DNA of 60,602 nt, taken from the NCBI GenBank assembly GCA_012519085.1, contig JAAYQX010000028.1:1-60602 (forward strand), in the 5' to 3' direction. The position numbers and the translations under genes are program-made. Below the pieces are notes generated by a model. It was not told where the DNA came from. It did not search any database and was given only the letters and a program-made list of their open reading frames with translations. The number at the start of each line of letters is the position of its first letter. Within the stretch, counting starts at the first letter, position 1. Source of the DNA: Clostridiaceae bacterium. GTDB taxonomy: Bacteria; Bacillota; Clostridia; Saccharofermentanales; DTU023. This document shows positions 34,928-45,212 of the stretch, piece after piece.

Positions 34928-36208
34928 TTACACCTCCATCGCCAATTCTCGTTCATTGAGACCGACTACGATCTTGTTGAAACCCTCGTTGGCTGTCGGC
35001 ATATAAATCATGGAATTGCCATTGATTTTGGCGCCGTCGTTAATGATTAGATTCTGTTCGAAAACCGTGATACCCTCTGTGCAGACCCGTTCATTTTCAT
35101 AATAATTAGTACCGTCTGTGACATCCGGTCCAACCTGCATATCAGCACCGATAATAGTATTCATACCGACAATACAGCGATCCAGACAACTGCCCTGTTT
35201 AACCACAACTCCCGGCATCAGGAATGAGTCTTTGACCGTCGCGCCCTCTTCAATCACGACGCTATGCGAGAGCATAGAATGAATTACCGTTCCATATATT
35301 TCGGCACCGTCCGTCACTGCCACTCTGTCCATTACAGCATTGGGACCGACAAAATGCGAAGGCCGGATCGGGTTGCGGCTATAGATACGCCAGGAATCAT
35401 CGTTCAGATTTATCTCTTCCGGCTTGTCGAGTAAATCCATATTCGATTCCCAAAGCGAGTATACGGTTCCCACATCCTTCCAATAGCCGTTGAAAGTATA
35501 GGCATACATTCTCTGCTGATCCGCCAACATCATGGGAATTACATTCTTACCGAAATCATTGTCAGAACCGGTCTTCTCTTCATCTAAGATCAGATACTTT
35601 CTCAGAGCCTGCCAAGAGAAGCAATAGACGCCCATTGAAGCCAGATTATTTTTGGCCTCCTTGGGCTTCTCCTCAAATTCAGTAATGCGATTATCTTCAT
35701 CGGTGTTCATAATCCCGAAGCGGGATGTCTCTTCCCAAGGTACCTCGATCACCGCAATGGTACCGTCAGCCTCTGTTTGGACATGCTGTCTGACCATCGC
35801 ACTATAATCCATCTTGTAGACATGATCGCCGGAGAGAACCAGCACATACTTGGGGGAGAAGCGATCAATAAAAGAAATATTCTGATAGATCGCATTCGCT
35901 GTGCCCTTATACCAGTCACTGCCATAAATGCTCTGATAGGGCGGTAAAATATACGTTCCGCCGCTATTGCGATCCAGATCCCAAGAATGACCGTTACCAA
36001 TGTATTTGTTGAGCTCCAGCGGCTGATACTGGGTCAGGACGCCTACAGCCTCAATGCCTGAATTGGTACAGTTGCTAAGAGGGAAATCTATGATGCGATA
36101 GCGACTGCCGAAAGGTACGGCGGGTTTGGCCACATGATCAGTCAGTACACCCAGGCGGGTTCCCTGACCGCCGGCCAATATCATGGCAACCGTTTCCTGT
36201 CTGACCAT
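34928..36208 (-). CDS. glgC: glucose-1-phosphate adenylyltransferase
   Basis: Contains [12 protein letters not shown] and a left-handed beta-helix C-terminus. ATG 36208 (SD GGAGGTG) is preferred over the track start 36223. Confidence 0.9.
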   Translation of the reverse strand: MVRQETVAMILAGGQGTRLGVLTDHVAKPAVPFGSRYRIIDFPLSNCTNSGIEAVGVLTQYQPLELNKYIGNGHSWDLDRNSGGTYILPPYQSIYGSDWYKGTANAIYQNISFIDRFSPKYVLVLSGDHVYKMDYSAMVRQHVQTEADGTIAVIEVPWEETSRFGIMNTDEDNRITEFEEKPKEAKNNLASMGVYCFSWQALRKYLILDEEKTGSDNDFGKNVIPMMLADQQRMYAYTFNGYWKDVGTVYSLWESNMDLLDKPEEINLNDDSWRIYSRNPIRPSHFVGPNAVMDRVAVTDGAEIYGTVIHSMLSHSVVIEEGATVKDSFLMPGVVVKQGSCLDRCIVGMNTIIGADMQVGPDVTDGTNYYENERVCTEGITVFEQNLIINDGAKINGNSMIYMPTANEGFNKIVVGLNERELAMEV

Positions 36209-38303
36209 CAATAACACCTCCATTCAGTGAATTTTTTTCTTTGACAAAGATCAGCCCCGCCAAAGGCGGCAGCTTCACATTAAGTTCCCAACTTTGCACC
36301 GTGCCCTGTTCCGACTTTAACATCTTGCCCGGCGCGGAAATCGACCCGTCATCTAAACTAGCGGCTGATTCGAAAGCAGACTCCTTACCTTGTTCGACAG
36401 CCTGTTCGTATGCTGATTCAGTGACCGGTTTATCGTCCGGTTCATAAATAGACTCATTCTGCGGCTCGGCGGCAGCCGGTTTTCTCACGGCTGTCGGGAG
36501 TGGTACTGCTGTCAGCAGATGATGAGCCTCATCTTGCTCCAGGTATGAGCTGCCGCCAAAACGTTGACTATCACTGTCCAACACTAGGCGCCAGGTTCCA
36601 CCCTCGGGCAATCTAAACTTATAATTTTCAAAACTCTTAGGCGTGAAATTCAACACGCAGAGCAGAACCTGCTGCTGATCAGCACTCCGGCGCAAACAGG
36701 CAAAGACACTGTTATATTCGTCATCGACCTGAATCCACTGGAAGCCGGACCAGGAGCGGTCGTCTTCCCATAGGGCAGGATTGTCAAGATAGAAATGATT
36801 GAGCTCACGGCAGAAGTTCTGCATGGCATGGTGCGAGGGGTATTTAAGCATGAACCATTCCAGCTCTTCATAGAAGCGCCATTCCGTATAGGGTGCAAAT
36901 TCATTACCCATAAAGTTTAGTTTAGCCCCGGGATGAGTATATTGATAGACATACAGCGCGCGCAACGAAGCGAACTGACGCCAGTAATCGCCCGGCATAC
37001 GCCCCAGCAAGCTCTTCTTGCCATGCACCACTTCATCGTGGGAGAAGGGCAGGATAAAACGTTCATGAAAAGCATATACCATGGAGAATGTCACTTTTTT
37101 ATGAAATATACCTCGGGCATAATAATCGGCTTTAATATAAGTGAGAATGTCGTTCATCCAGCCCATATTCCATTTATGAGTGAAGCCCAGACCGCCTTCT
37201 TCTATCGGTCCTGTTACCTGCGGCCAGGCTGAGGACTCCTCCGCTATCATCATCGCCGCCGGCATATTCTCCCTGATCGTGCGGTTTAGCTTTTGAATAA
37301 AGGCTACTCCTTCGTAATTTTCCTCCCCACCCTTTTCATTGTAGATTTTGTCCGCATCATCGCGGCCGAAATTGAGTGAAAGGATGGAACTGACAGCATC
37401 AATTCTAAGTCCGTCCGCGTGGAATTCATCCAGCAATAACCAGGCTGAAGAGATCAAAAATGAATTCACCTCGGCCAGCCCATAATCAAAAATCATTGTA
37501 CCCCAGGACGGGTGATCTCTAAGGCGCGGCTCGGCATATTCAAACAGAGGCTTGCCATCAAAATTGGCCAGTGCAAAATCATCGCGCGGGAAATGGGCTG
37601 GAACCCAGTCAATGATAACTCTAATACCGGCTTGGTGCATCGTATCAACAAAGTATTTAAAATCAGCCGGGGTACCGTAGCGTGAGGTTATAGCAAAATA
37701 GCCCGTAACCTGATAACCCCAAGAGGCATCCAGCGGATACTCATTAACCGGCATCAATTCGACGGCGTTGTAACCCATATCCGTCATATAGGCTGCCAAC
37801 TGCGGTGCGATCTCGCGATATGTGTAGGTATTATTGTCTTGATAGCGGCGCCAGGAGCCAAGATGGCACTCGTAGATATTCAGCGGTCCAATCGCCGTTG
37901 CTTCCGGACGCTGCTCCATCCATTCCCGGTCATTCCATTCATAATCATCGGGATCATAGAGAATCGAGGCGGTATTAGGCCTGGTCTCAGCGTGGCGGGC
38001 ATAGGGGTCAGCTTTGAGGATAAGGCGACCATCATCGGTTCTAATGGCATATTTGTAGCGCTGCCATTGCTCGGCCCCGCTGATAAATCCCGTCCAGATT
38101 CCAGTTGTGCCATAAGGATAGAGAGGATCGCGCTCAGTATTCCAGAAATTGAAATCGCCTACAACACTGACAGCCTTGGCATTAGGTGCCCAGACAGCAA
38201 AGCGAAAACCAGGTTCCCCATCATGGCTCAAATCCGGACGAGCTCCCAGCATCTTATAACTTTGGAAGTTATCCCCAGTGTTAAATAGATAAGCCTGATT
38301 CAT
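36138..38303 (-). CDS. glgB: 1,4-alpha-glucan branching enzyme
   Basis: 721 aa with GH13 branching-enzyme motifs ([32 protein letters not shown]). SD GGGGAGGAAG. The 3' end overlaps the glgC start by 71 nt. Confidence 0.9.
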   Translation of the reverse strand: MNQAYLFNTGDNFQSYKMLGARPDLSHDGEPGFRFAVWAPNAKAVSVVGDFNFWNTERDPLYPYGTTGIWTGFISGAEQWQRYKYAIRTDDGRLILKADPYARHAETRPNTASILYDPDDYEWNDREWMEQRPEATAIGPLNIYECHLGSWRRYQDNNTYTYREIAPQLAAYMTDMGYNAVELMPVNEYPLDASWGYQVTGYFAITSRYGTPADFKYFVDTMHQAGIRVIIDWVPAHFPRDDFALANFDGKPLFEYAEPRLRDHPSWGTMIFDYGLAEVNSFLISSAWLLLDEFHADGLRIDAVSSILSLNFGRDDADKIYNEKGGEENYEGVAFIQKLNRTIRENMPAAMMIAEESSAWPQVTGPIEEGGLGFTHKWNMGWMNDILTYIKADYYARGIFHKKVTFSMVYAFHERFILPFSHDEVVHGKKSLLGRMPGDYWRQFASLRALYVYQYTHPGAKLNFMGNEFAPYTEWRFYEELEWFMLKYPSHHAMQNFCRELNHFYLDNPALWEDDRSWSGFQWIQVDDEYNSVFACLRRSADQQQVLLCVLNFTPKSFENYKFRLPEGGTWRLVLDSDSQRFGGSSYLEQDEAHHLLTAVPLPTAVRKPAAAEPQNESIYEPDDKPVTESAYEQAVEQGKESAFESAASLDDGSISAPGKMLKSEQGTVQSWELNVKLPPLAGLIFVKEKNSLNGGVIDGQTGNGCHDIGRRSGNPPGCTD

Positions 38304-38351
38304 ACTTCCTCCCCTATTAAGAACGCTGTATGCAACTATTGCTATTATACC

Positions 38352-40742
38352 CTATTTTAGCTCGGCGATTGTAACTCCATCACCGCCCTCACCTGGCCCG
38401 CCCAGACGAAAGCTTGCCACTCTCCGGTCACGCGTCAGAAAATCGCCGACGGCGGAACGCAAAGCGCCGGTGCCCTTGCCATGTACAATCCTGATTATGC
38501 CAAGCCCTGCCAAGACAGCATCATCTATAAAATGATCCAATTCAAACAGCGCCTCTTCAACCAATTTGCCGCGCAGCATAATTTCCGTCCCCAAGAAAAG
38601 TCTCTTCTCGGCAGTGAGCGCGGAGATATTTTCTTTGCTACTGCGAGCGGGACTCTTCCGGCTGACAGTTTTCTTCTTGGTGGGCCAGGTCAAAGCGCTC
38701 ACGGGCACGGTCACCTGCATTTGGCCGCTGCGCAGTACTACATTGCCTTTGCTGTCCGGCAGACCTTCCGCACTGCCTGACAGTCCCAAAGCCGGCGCAT
38801 CATAATTTTCTCCGGGCACAATATCATCTGCAGTAAGAGTCTCACCGGCATGTCTGCTCAGCCGCTCCTGTTGTCTGCCGGCGCTAATCCTCTCACGGGC
38901 CTGGCGGATCTGACCTCTGGCCTCACTGACAATATGATGGCCGGCTTCCTGTTCCATCTTCTGCTTTAGTTCCGCCAGCAACTGCTCAATCTCTTCCTCC
39001 GCCTGACTATAGAGCCGGCCGGCCTCTTCCCTGGCCTGATCCAGGATCTCACGACGTTTGAGTTCCAGCTTGCGCTCTTCCTCTGCCAGGGTTTCTCTCG
39101 CTGCAACACTCTCCGCCTGCAGTGCGTCTATCTCCGACCGTATGCGCCTGGCCTCCTGATGACTCTTCTCTATCGAGGCCACCAATTCCTCAAAGCGAGC
39201 GCCTTCGTCAGAGATCAATTCTTTAGCACGGGCAATGATTTCCGGATCGAGACCCAGTCGCTGCGAAATAGCGAAAGCATTGCTGACGCCGGGTACGCCG
39301 ATCATCAAACGATAAGTCGGGCGCAGAGTATTGGTATCAAATTCACAGCAGGCATTCTCAACCCCGGAGGTGTTGAGAGCATAGCCTTTGAGTTCTTTAT
39401 AATGGGTGGTTGCCACAGTCAGGGCGCCCTTGCGACGTAGATCTTCCAAGATAGAGATGGCTAAAGCCGCACCTTCGGAAGGATCCGTGCCTGCACCGAG
39501 CTCATCCAGCAGCACCAGGCTGCCCGGTCCGGCCAGAGCAATGATCTCAATAATCTGGCGCAGATGCGAAGAAAAGGTCGAAAGGCTTTGCTCAATACTC
39601 TGCTCGTCCCCAATATCCGCCAGCACATGATCGAAGGTGGAAAGCTCACTGCGGTCTTGAGCCGGGATCTGCAAACCGGCCATACCCATCAGGGTCAGAA
39701 GGCCGCAAGTCTTGAGTGTGACTGTTTTGCCGCCGGTATTAGGACCGGTAATCACCAAAGTGCGGAAAGTCGTGCCCAGTTCAAAGTCGATTGGCACTAC
39801 GGTCTGAGGCTCAATCAAGGGATGTCGCGCACCTTTGAGAACAATCCGCCCCTCGTCGTTGAATTCAGGCGGCATTGCTTTCATAGCCAGAGCCAGCCTG
39901 GCTTTGGCTTGAGCAAAGTCAAGCACAGTGAGAATCTCCACATTGGTCAGCAGGACATCCGACTGATTAGCCACTTTGCTGCTCAGCTCCCGTAAAATCT
40001 CCTCGATCTCACGCTTCTCCTCGGCCATCAGCACTTTGATCTGGTTATTCAGCTCCACGACCGCCAGCGGCTCGACAAAGACAGTGCTGCCGCTGGCTGA
40101 AGTATCGTGCACTAATCCCGGGACTTGATTACGGTGTTCCGCCTTGACGGGAACGACATAGCGATCACCGCGCAAAGTCACTATGGCCTCTTGCAAAGCC
40201 TGGGGACGCGAGCGCACCAGGCGATCCAGCTCCTGACGGATATTCTCCTGCGCTTTTCTGATCCGCCGGCGAATATTGTACAGCTCCGGTGTCGCACGGT
40301 CGCGGATTTCATCTTCACCCGCGATACACTCATCTATCCTCGACTCCAGCCCGGCCAAAGGATAGAGCATGGCAATGCGGTCATAGACCAGACGCGGTTC
40401 GGCATCTGCGCCATAGTCCTCAGGCAAAACCGCCTTCACTCGTTGCACAGAACGCAAAAAGGCACCGATCCGCAGCAGTTCAGCCGTGCTCAGCACGGCT
40501 TCAGCCATAGCCCTGCGTACAGCCGGTTTGATCTCAGAGATCCCGGCCAGCGGCAGATCGCTGCGCTCCAGCAGAAATCTGACCATATCAGAGGTTTCAG
40601 CCTGTGTCGAGCGAATCTTCTCCAGATCGGTTTCCGGCGAGAGCGCCGCACAGCGCTCCCGCCCCGGCGCTGTACCGGCACGCAGAACAAGCAGATCACG
40701 GACTTTATCGAATTCAAGTATTTTCAGTGTTTTCTTTGGCAT
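38352..40742 (-). CDS. mutS2: endonuclease MutS2
   Basis: 796 aa with Walker A GPNTGGKT, a long coiled-coil region and a C-terminal Smr domain (IVHGKGTGALR). Confidence 0.9.
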   Translation of the reverse strand: MPKKTLKILEFDKVRDLLVLRAGTAPGRERCAALSPETDLEKIRSTQAETSDMVRFLLERSDLPLAGISEIKPAVRRAMAEAVLSTAELLRIGAFLRSVQRVKAVLPEDYGADAEPRLVYDRIAMLYPLAGLESRIDECIAGEDEIRDRATPELYNIRRRIRKAQENIRQELDRLVRSRPQALQEAIVTLRGDRYVVPVKAEHRNQVPGLVHDTSASGSTVFVEPLAVVELNNQIKVLMAEEKREIEEILRELSSKVANQSDVLLTNVEILTVLDFAQAKARLALAMKAMPPEFNDEGRIVLKGARHPLIEPQTVVPIDFELGTTFRTLVITGPNTGGKTVTLKTCGLLTLMGMAGLQIPAQDRSELSTFDHVLADIGDEQSIEQSLSTFSSHLRQIIEIIALAGPGSLVLLDELGAGTDPSEGAALAISILEDLRRKGALTVATTHYKELKGYALNTSGVENACCEFDTNTLRPTYRLMIGVPGVSNAFAISQRLGLDPEIIARAKELISDEGARFEELVASIEKSHQEARRIRSEIDALQAESVAARETLAEEERKLELKRREILDQAREEAGRLYSQAEEEIEQLLAELKQKMEQEAGHHIVSEARGQIRQARERISAGRQQERLSRHAGETLTADDIVPGENYDAPALGLSGSAEGLPDSKGNVVLRSGQMQVTVPVSALTWPTKKKTVSRKSPARSSKENISALTAEKRLFLGTEIMLRGKLVEEALFELDHFIDDAVLAGLGIIRIVHGKGTGALRSAVGDFLTRDRRVASFRLGGPGEGGDGVTIAELK

Positions 40743-40811
40743 CTATCTAGAAAAAAGGCTCCCGCCATTCACGATCACCTGCTGCCCCACAGGCCTGCAG
40801 AAGACCTGTCT

Positions 40812-41378
40812 CTAACATTCGGCATCGCGACGTCTGAACCACTTGTCCCGGTTCTTATAGGTATAATTAATCGTCGCCGTCAGCGAAAGCAGAACCGGTA
40901 TGATAAAAATCACGTCTCTGATCCAACGCGGTTCATCAGGCAGCCAGAACAAAAGACCAAATGCCAGTACATAGAAAAAGGTCGCCGCCTTACCAAAATG
41001 ATCCGAGTATACAACTGTATCTCGCTCTTTCAGCAGATACCAACTGCCGACAATCATAAGAGTCTCGCGCAATAACATGAATAGCGGCACCCAGAGCGGA
41101 ATGCGGCCGATCATGAACATCATCACTGCCGTCGTGACTTGGAAAATTTTATCCACCAGGGGATCAAAGAGCTTGCCAAATTCCGTAATCTGATTAAAGC
41201 GTCTGGCGATCCAGCCATCAAGTATATCCGTCATCCAGATAGCCAAGAAAGTAATAAAACCGCCTACTTTATATTTCGGCCAGCGCCAGATTAACCAGGC
41301 CAGAAACGGTACGGCTATCAGGCGCAAAGTAGTGAGAATATTGGGTACATTCAGCTCGAATTTAAGCCTGCTATTCAC
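40812..41378 (-). CDS. pgsA: CDP-diacylglycerol--glycerol-3-phosphate 3-phosphatidyltransferase
   Basis: CDP-alcohol phosphatidyltransferase motif DILDGWIARRFNQITEFGKLFDPLVDK. GTG start without a convincing SD, so the exact start is uncertain. Confidence 0.78.
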   Translation of the reverse strand: MNSRLKFELNVPNILTTLRLIAVPFLAWLIWRWPKYKVGGFITFLAIWMTDILDGWIARRFNQITEFGKLFDPLVDKIFQVTTAVMMFMIGRIPLWVPLFMLLRETLMIVGSWYLLKERDTVVYSDHFGKAATFFYVLAFGLLFWLPDEPRWIRDVIFIIPVLLSLTATINYTYKNRDKWFRRRDAEC

Positions 41379-41521
41379 AATTAATACTTAGTACCAACCT
41401 TCCTTATACTTGATTAAATCTATCACTCTATCGCTTCTATCTATCTCTCTCGCGGTGAGTCGCTCAATTTATTTGGTAGCATTCTAACATTAAAAGAACA
41501 ATCAACAATAGCAGGATCAGA

Positions 41522-44500
41522 TTAAAATACGCTGATATTATCAACACCGAACCGCTCCGCCAATAATGCCAGCGTTTCCCCATCCAACTGAACACCTCGA
41601 GGCAAGGGTTCCAGCAATCTCGTCTCCTGCTCCAGATACACACGCACCCGGTTCGGTCCCGGGAAATAGGCCAAAGCACTTTTCAGCGGCTCCAGAGCCG
41701 CGTCACTAGTCTCACCGCGCCACCGGATAACCAGGGTATTTTGTGCCGAAGGCGCCTCCTGCGGATCCGAGTTCTCTGCCCATGCTGTGGAATTGTTGCC
41801 GGAGCTATCCTGTTCTGTAAAGCTGTTGATGTAACTGCCATGCGCTGCGGAGTTGTTAGCCTGCCTGCCCCCGGCTGCCGCCCGGTGGCGACCGAAAGAT
41901 GCCAGTTCCGCCCGTACCGCCTGCGGCAAATTTTCCAGGTCAAAGAGCTCTTCCGCAATCACTTTGATCGGTTCATCCTCACGCACACTGAGCCGACCCC
42001 TGATCAGAATCGCCTTGCCTTCGTCTAAGAGATTGACATATTTTTCATATACGGTATAAAAGACTATCACTTCAAAACTGCCGGTCAGATCTTCCACCTC
42101 CAGGAAGGCCATCAGATCATTGCGCTTGGTATACTGGTTGCGGCGCCGGATAATCTGGCCGCCGACAACGACAGCAGTCTGATCCAGCAGTTCCGGGCTC
42201 ATGACCGGTACTTCACTGCCCTCCGGCGGTTCGTCAAAGGCGATCATATCCTGAGCCGTCATTGTTTGATAAGCAGCGAGATCCTCGCGGTAAGCATCCA
42301 AGGGATGTCCGGTGATATAGAGGCCCAGCATCTCCTTTTCCATCGCCAGCAGCATATCGACATCAAATTCGGAGACATCAGGATAGACAGGTTCATCATC
42401 CGGCTGCTGCTCTTCCAGGCCGGGCAGTTGGAAAATACTGATCTGCCCCAAAGATGACATCTTTCTTTGATTCTGGAGTTGATTGGCAAAAGGCTCCAGA
42501 ACAGCTATCATCTTGGCTCGGGCTACACCAAAGCTATCCAGTGCCGAAGACCTGATCAGACTTTCAATCATGCGGCGGTTGATATCGTATTCACAGATCC
42601 GGCGCATAAAATCACCAAAACCTGTGAATTCTCCGTTCTTTTCGCGTTCCGCTACAATCTTGTTGATCGCTGCCTGGCCGACATTCTTAACCCCGCCGAG
42701 GGCGAAGCGGATGCCACCGTTCTCGGTCGTAAAACGGGCATAGCTCTTGTTAATATCCGGCGGCAAAATTTCGATACCGAGTTCTTTGGCAGCCCGGACA
42801 TATCGAGCTGCCTGATCGAGACTGCCCAGCCAGCTATTGAGCATGGCGGCCATGAATTCGACCGGATAATAATACTTAAGCCAAGCCGTATCATAGGCGA
42901 CAACAGCATAGGCAGCGGCATGCGCTTTGTTGAAAGCATAGCCGGCAAAAGCCATCACATCTTCGAAGATCTTGGCTGCGACTTGGCGCGGCACGCCATT
43001 GGCACAGGCACCCGGCACCTTTTGTCCATTTTCATCAATACCGCCGTTTAAAAACAGATCCTTATAGCCGGCTATCACTTCCGGCTGTTTCTTGGACATG
43101 GCGCGGCGGACATTATCCGACTGGCCCAAAGAGAAACCGACCAGGTCGCGCACAATCTGCATCACTTGTTCCTGATAGACCATGCAGCCATAGGTCACAT
43201 TGAGGATTGGCTCCAAAAGCGGATGATCATATTTAATTTTGCTGGCATCATGACGAGCTTCAACATAGCGTGGGATCTGTTCCATAGGACCGGGTCTAAA
43301 GAGCGAAATGCCGGCAATAATATCTTCGAAATTATCTGGCTTCAGATCTTTCATGAAGCGTGTCATGCCGGGGCTTTCCAGCTGGAAGACACAAGCAGTA
43401 TCGCCGGCTGAGATCATTTCATAAATTCTAGGATCGGCGAAATCCAAGCTATCAATGTCAATTTCAATCCCTTTATTGGCCTTGACCATATTCACGGTAT
43501 CTTGGATGACAGTCAAAGTACGCAGACCAAGAAAATCGAATTTAAGCAGTCCTACTTTCTCGATATTGTCCTTGGTGAACTGGACCACGATCGAATCTTC
43601 ATTGCGGGCCAAAGGTGCCAGCTCCGTGATCGGCTGCCCGGCAATAACTACACCGGCGGCATGAGTCGAGGCATGGCGCGGCATACCCTCCAGGCGCCGT
43701 GACAGATCGATGACCCGTCTGGTGACTTCATCATTATCATAATAACGGCGTAATTCGGGATTAATTGCCAGAGCCTGATCCAGAGTTATATTCAGCTCCG
43801 TCGGCACCATTTTGGCAATGCGATCAGCATCGGCATAGGGGACATCAAGTGCCCGCGCTACATTGCGGATCGCCGCCCGAGCGGCCAGCGTGCCGAAGGT
43901 GATGACCTGGGAAACATGATCCGCACCGTATTTTTCGGTTACATATTGGATGACCTCATTGCGCCGTTCATAACAGAAATCGATATCGAAATCGGGCATA
44001 CTGACACGTTCGATATTAAGAAAACGCTCAAAGAGTAAATTATATTTAATAGGATCGATATTGGTAATGCGCAGAGCGTAGGCGGCCAGAGAAGCGGCAC
44101 CGGAACCGCGGCCCGGACCCACGATAATACCCTGTTCTCGGGCATAGCGTATGAAATCCCAAACGATCAGATAATAGTCCGCATAGCCCATCTCAATGAT
44201 AACTTCAAGTTCGTGCTCCAGACGTTCTTTGTAAGTCTGTTCTGAAATAGATTCCGTCTTATTCTGCAGCCTTTGCTCCAGACCGATCTGGCAGAGTTGA
44301 CGCAGATATTCTGCCGCTGATTCACCCTGCGGTGTTTCAAAATGAGGTAGAGATAGGCAGTCAAATTCCAGCTCGACATTGCAGCGTTCGGCAATCTCAG
44401 TCGTATTGGCCAGTGCCTCAGGATAGTCGGCAAAGGCTTGGGCCATTTCTTGCGGAGACTTGAGATAGAATTCAGCACTGTGCATGCGCATCCGATCCGG

Positions 44501-45211
44501 ATCGCTCATCGTCTTCCCGGTCTGTATGCATAGCAATACCTCATGACTGAAGGCGTCATCCTGATACATATAATGACAGTCATTGGTTGCGACCAGGGGA
44601 ATTCCGGTTTCCCGGCTGATTCTGACCAGTGCCTGATTGACCTTAGTTTGTTCCGGGATGCCATTTTCCTGCAATTCCAGAAAAAAATTGCCTTGACCGA
44701 AAGTCTCCTGATAGCGCTTGGCGGCTTGAACAGCCTCCTGATACTGTCCCTGCAAAATCAACTGTGGGATCTCGCCGGCCAGGCAAGCGGAAAGCGCTAT
44801 CAAGCCTTCACTGTGCTCGCGCAAGAGCTCATGATCAACCCGCGGCCGATAATAGAAGCCATTGACAAAAGACTCCGACACCAACCACATCAGGTTTTTG
44901 TAGCCTGTCATATTCTCGGCCAATAAAATCAGATGCCAGGGATCTCTGTCCTTGACACCATCTTTATCTGTATAACTGCGAGGCGCGACATAGGCTTCAC
45001 AACCGATAATTGGTTTTAGATCGGCCTTTTTCATCGCCCGGTAAAAGTCAATCACACCGTACATGACACCATGATCGGTACAGGCACAGGCAGTCATGCC
45101 TAATTCTTTCAGGCGCGATGGCAGCTCAGACAGACGGATAGCTCCGTCCAGCAAACTGTACTCGGTATGCAGATGCAGATGAACAAAGGACACTGCAATA
45201 CTCCCTGGCAT
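41522..45211 (-). CDS. dnaE: DNA polymerase III alpha subunit
   Basis: 1229 aa with PHP domain HLHLHTEYSLLDGA, a polymerase core and an OB-fold. A low-complexity S/N/A-rich insertion lies near the C-terminus. Confidence 0.95.
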   Translation of the reverse strand: MPGSIAVSFVHLHLHTEYSLLDGAIRLSELPSRLKELGMTACACTDHGVMYGVIDFYRAMKKADLKPIIGCEAYVAPRSYTDKDGVKDRDPWHLILLAENMTGYKNLMWLVSESFVNGFYYRPRVDHELLREHSEGLIALSACLAGEIPQLILQGQYQEAVQAAKRYQETFGQGNFFLELQENGIPEQTKVNQALVRISRETGIPLVATNDCHYMYQDDAFSHEVLLCIQTGKTMSDPDRMRMHSAEFYLKSPQEMAQAFADYPEALANTTEIAERCNVELEFDCLSLPHFETPQGESAAEYLRQLCQIGLEQRLQNKTESISEQTYKERLEHELEVIIEMGYADYYLIVWDFIRYAREQGIIVGPGRGSGAASLAAYALRITNIDPIKYNLLFERFLNIERVSMPDFDIDFCYERRNEVIQYVTEKYGADHVSQVITFGTLAARAAIRNVARALDVPYADADRIAKMVPTELNITLDQALAINPELRRYYDNDEVTRRVIDLSRRLEGMPRHASTHAAGVVIAGQPITELAPLARNEDSIVVQFTKDNIEKVGLLKFDFLGLRTLTVIQDTVNMVKANKGIEIDIDSLDFADPRIYEMISAGDTACVFQLESPGMTRFMKDLKPDNFEDIIAGISLFRPGPMEQIPRYVEARHDASKIKYDHPLLEPILNVTYGCMVYQEQVMQIVRDLVGFSLGQSDNVRRAMSKKQPEVIAGYKDLFLNGGIDENGQKVPGACANGVPRQVAAKIFEDVMAFAGYAFNKAHAAAYAVVAYDTAWLKYYYPVEFMAAMLNSWLGSLDQAARYVRAAKELGIEILPPDINKSYARFTTENGGIRFALGGVKNVGQAAINKIVAEREKNGEFTGFGDFMRRICEYDINRRMIESLIRSSALDSFGVARAKMIAVLEPFANQLQNQRKMSSLGQISIFQLPGLEEQQPDDEPVYPDVSEFDVDMLLAMEKEMLGLYITGHPLDAYREDLAAYQTMTAQDMIAFDEPPEGSEVPVMSPELLDQTAVVVGGQIIRRRNQYTKRNDLMAFLEVEDLTGSFEVIVFYTVYEKYVNLLDEGKAILIRGRLSVREDEPIKVIAEELFDLENLPQAVRAELASFGRHRAAAGGRQANNSAAHGSYINSFTEQDSSGNNSTAWAENSDPQEAPSAQNTLVIRWRGETSDAALEPLKSALAYFPGPNRVRVYLEQETRLLEPLPRGVQLDGETLALLAERFGVDNISVF

Positions 45212-45212
45212 T

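Noticed and set aside
40125-41075. 316-aa plus-strand ORF
   Set aside because: It is antisense to mutS2 and pgsA, both of which have clear motifs. It is Arg/Gln/Ser-rich with no recognisable domain and no SD.
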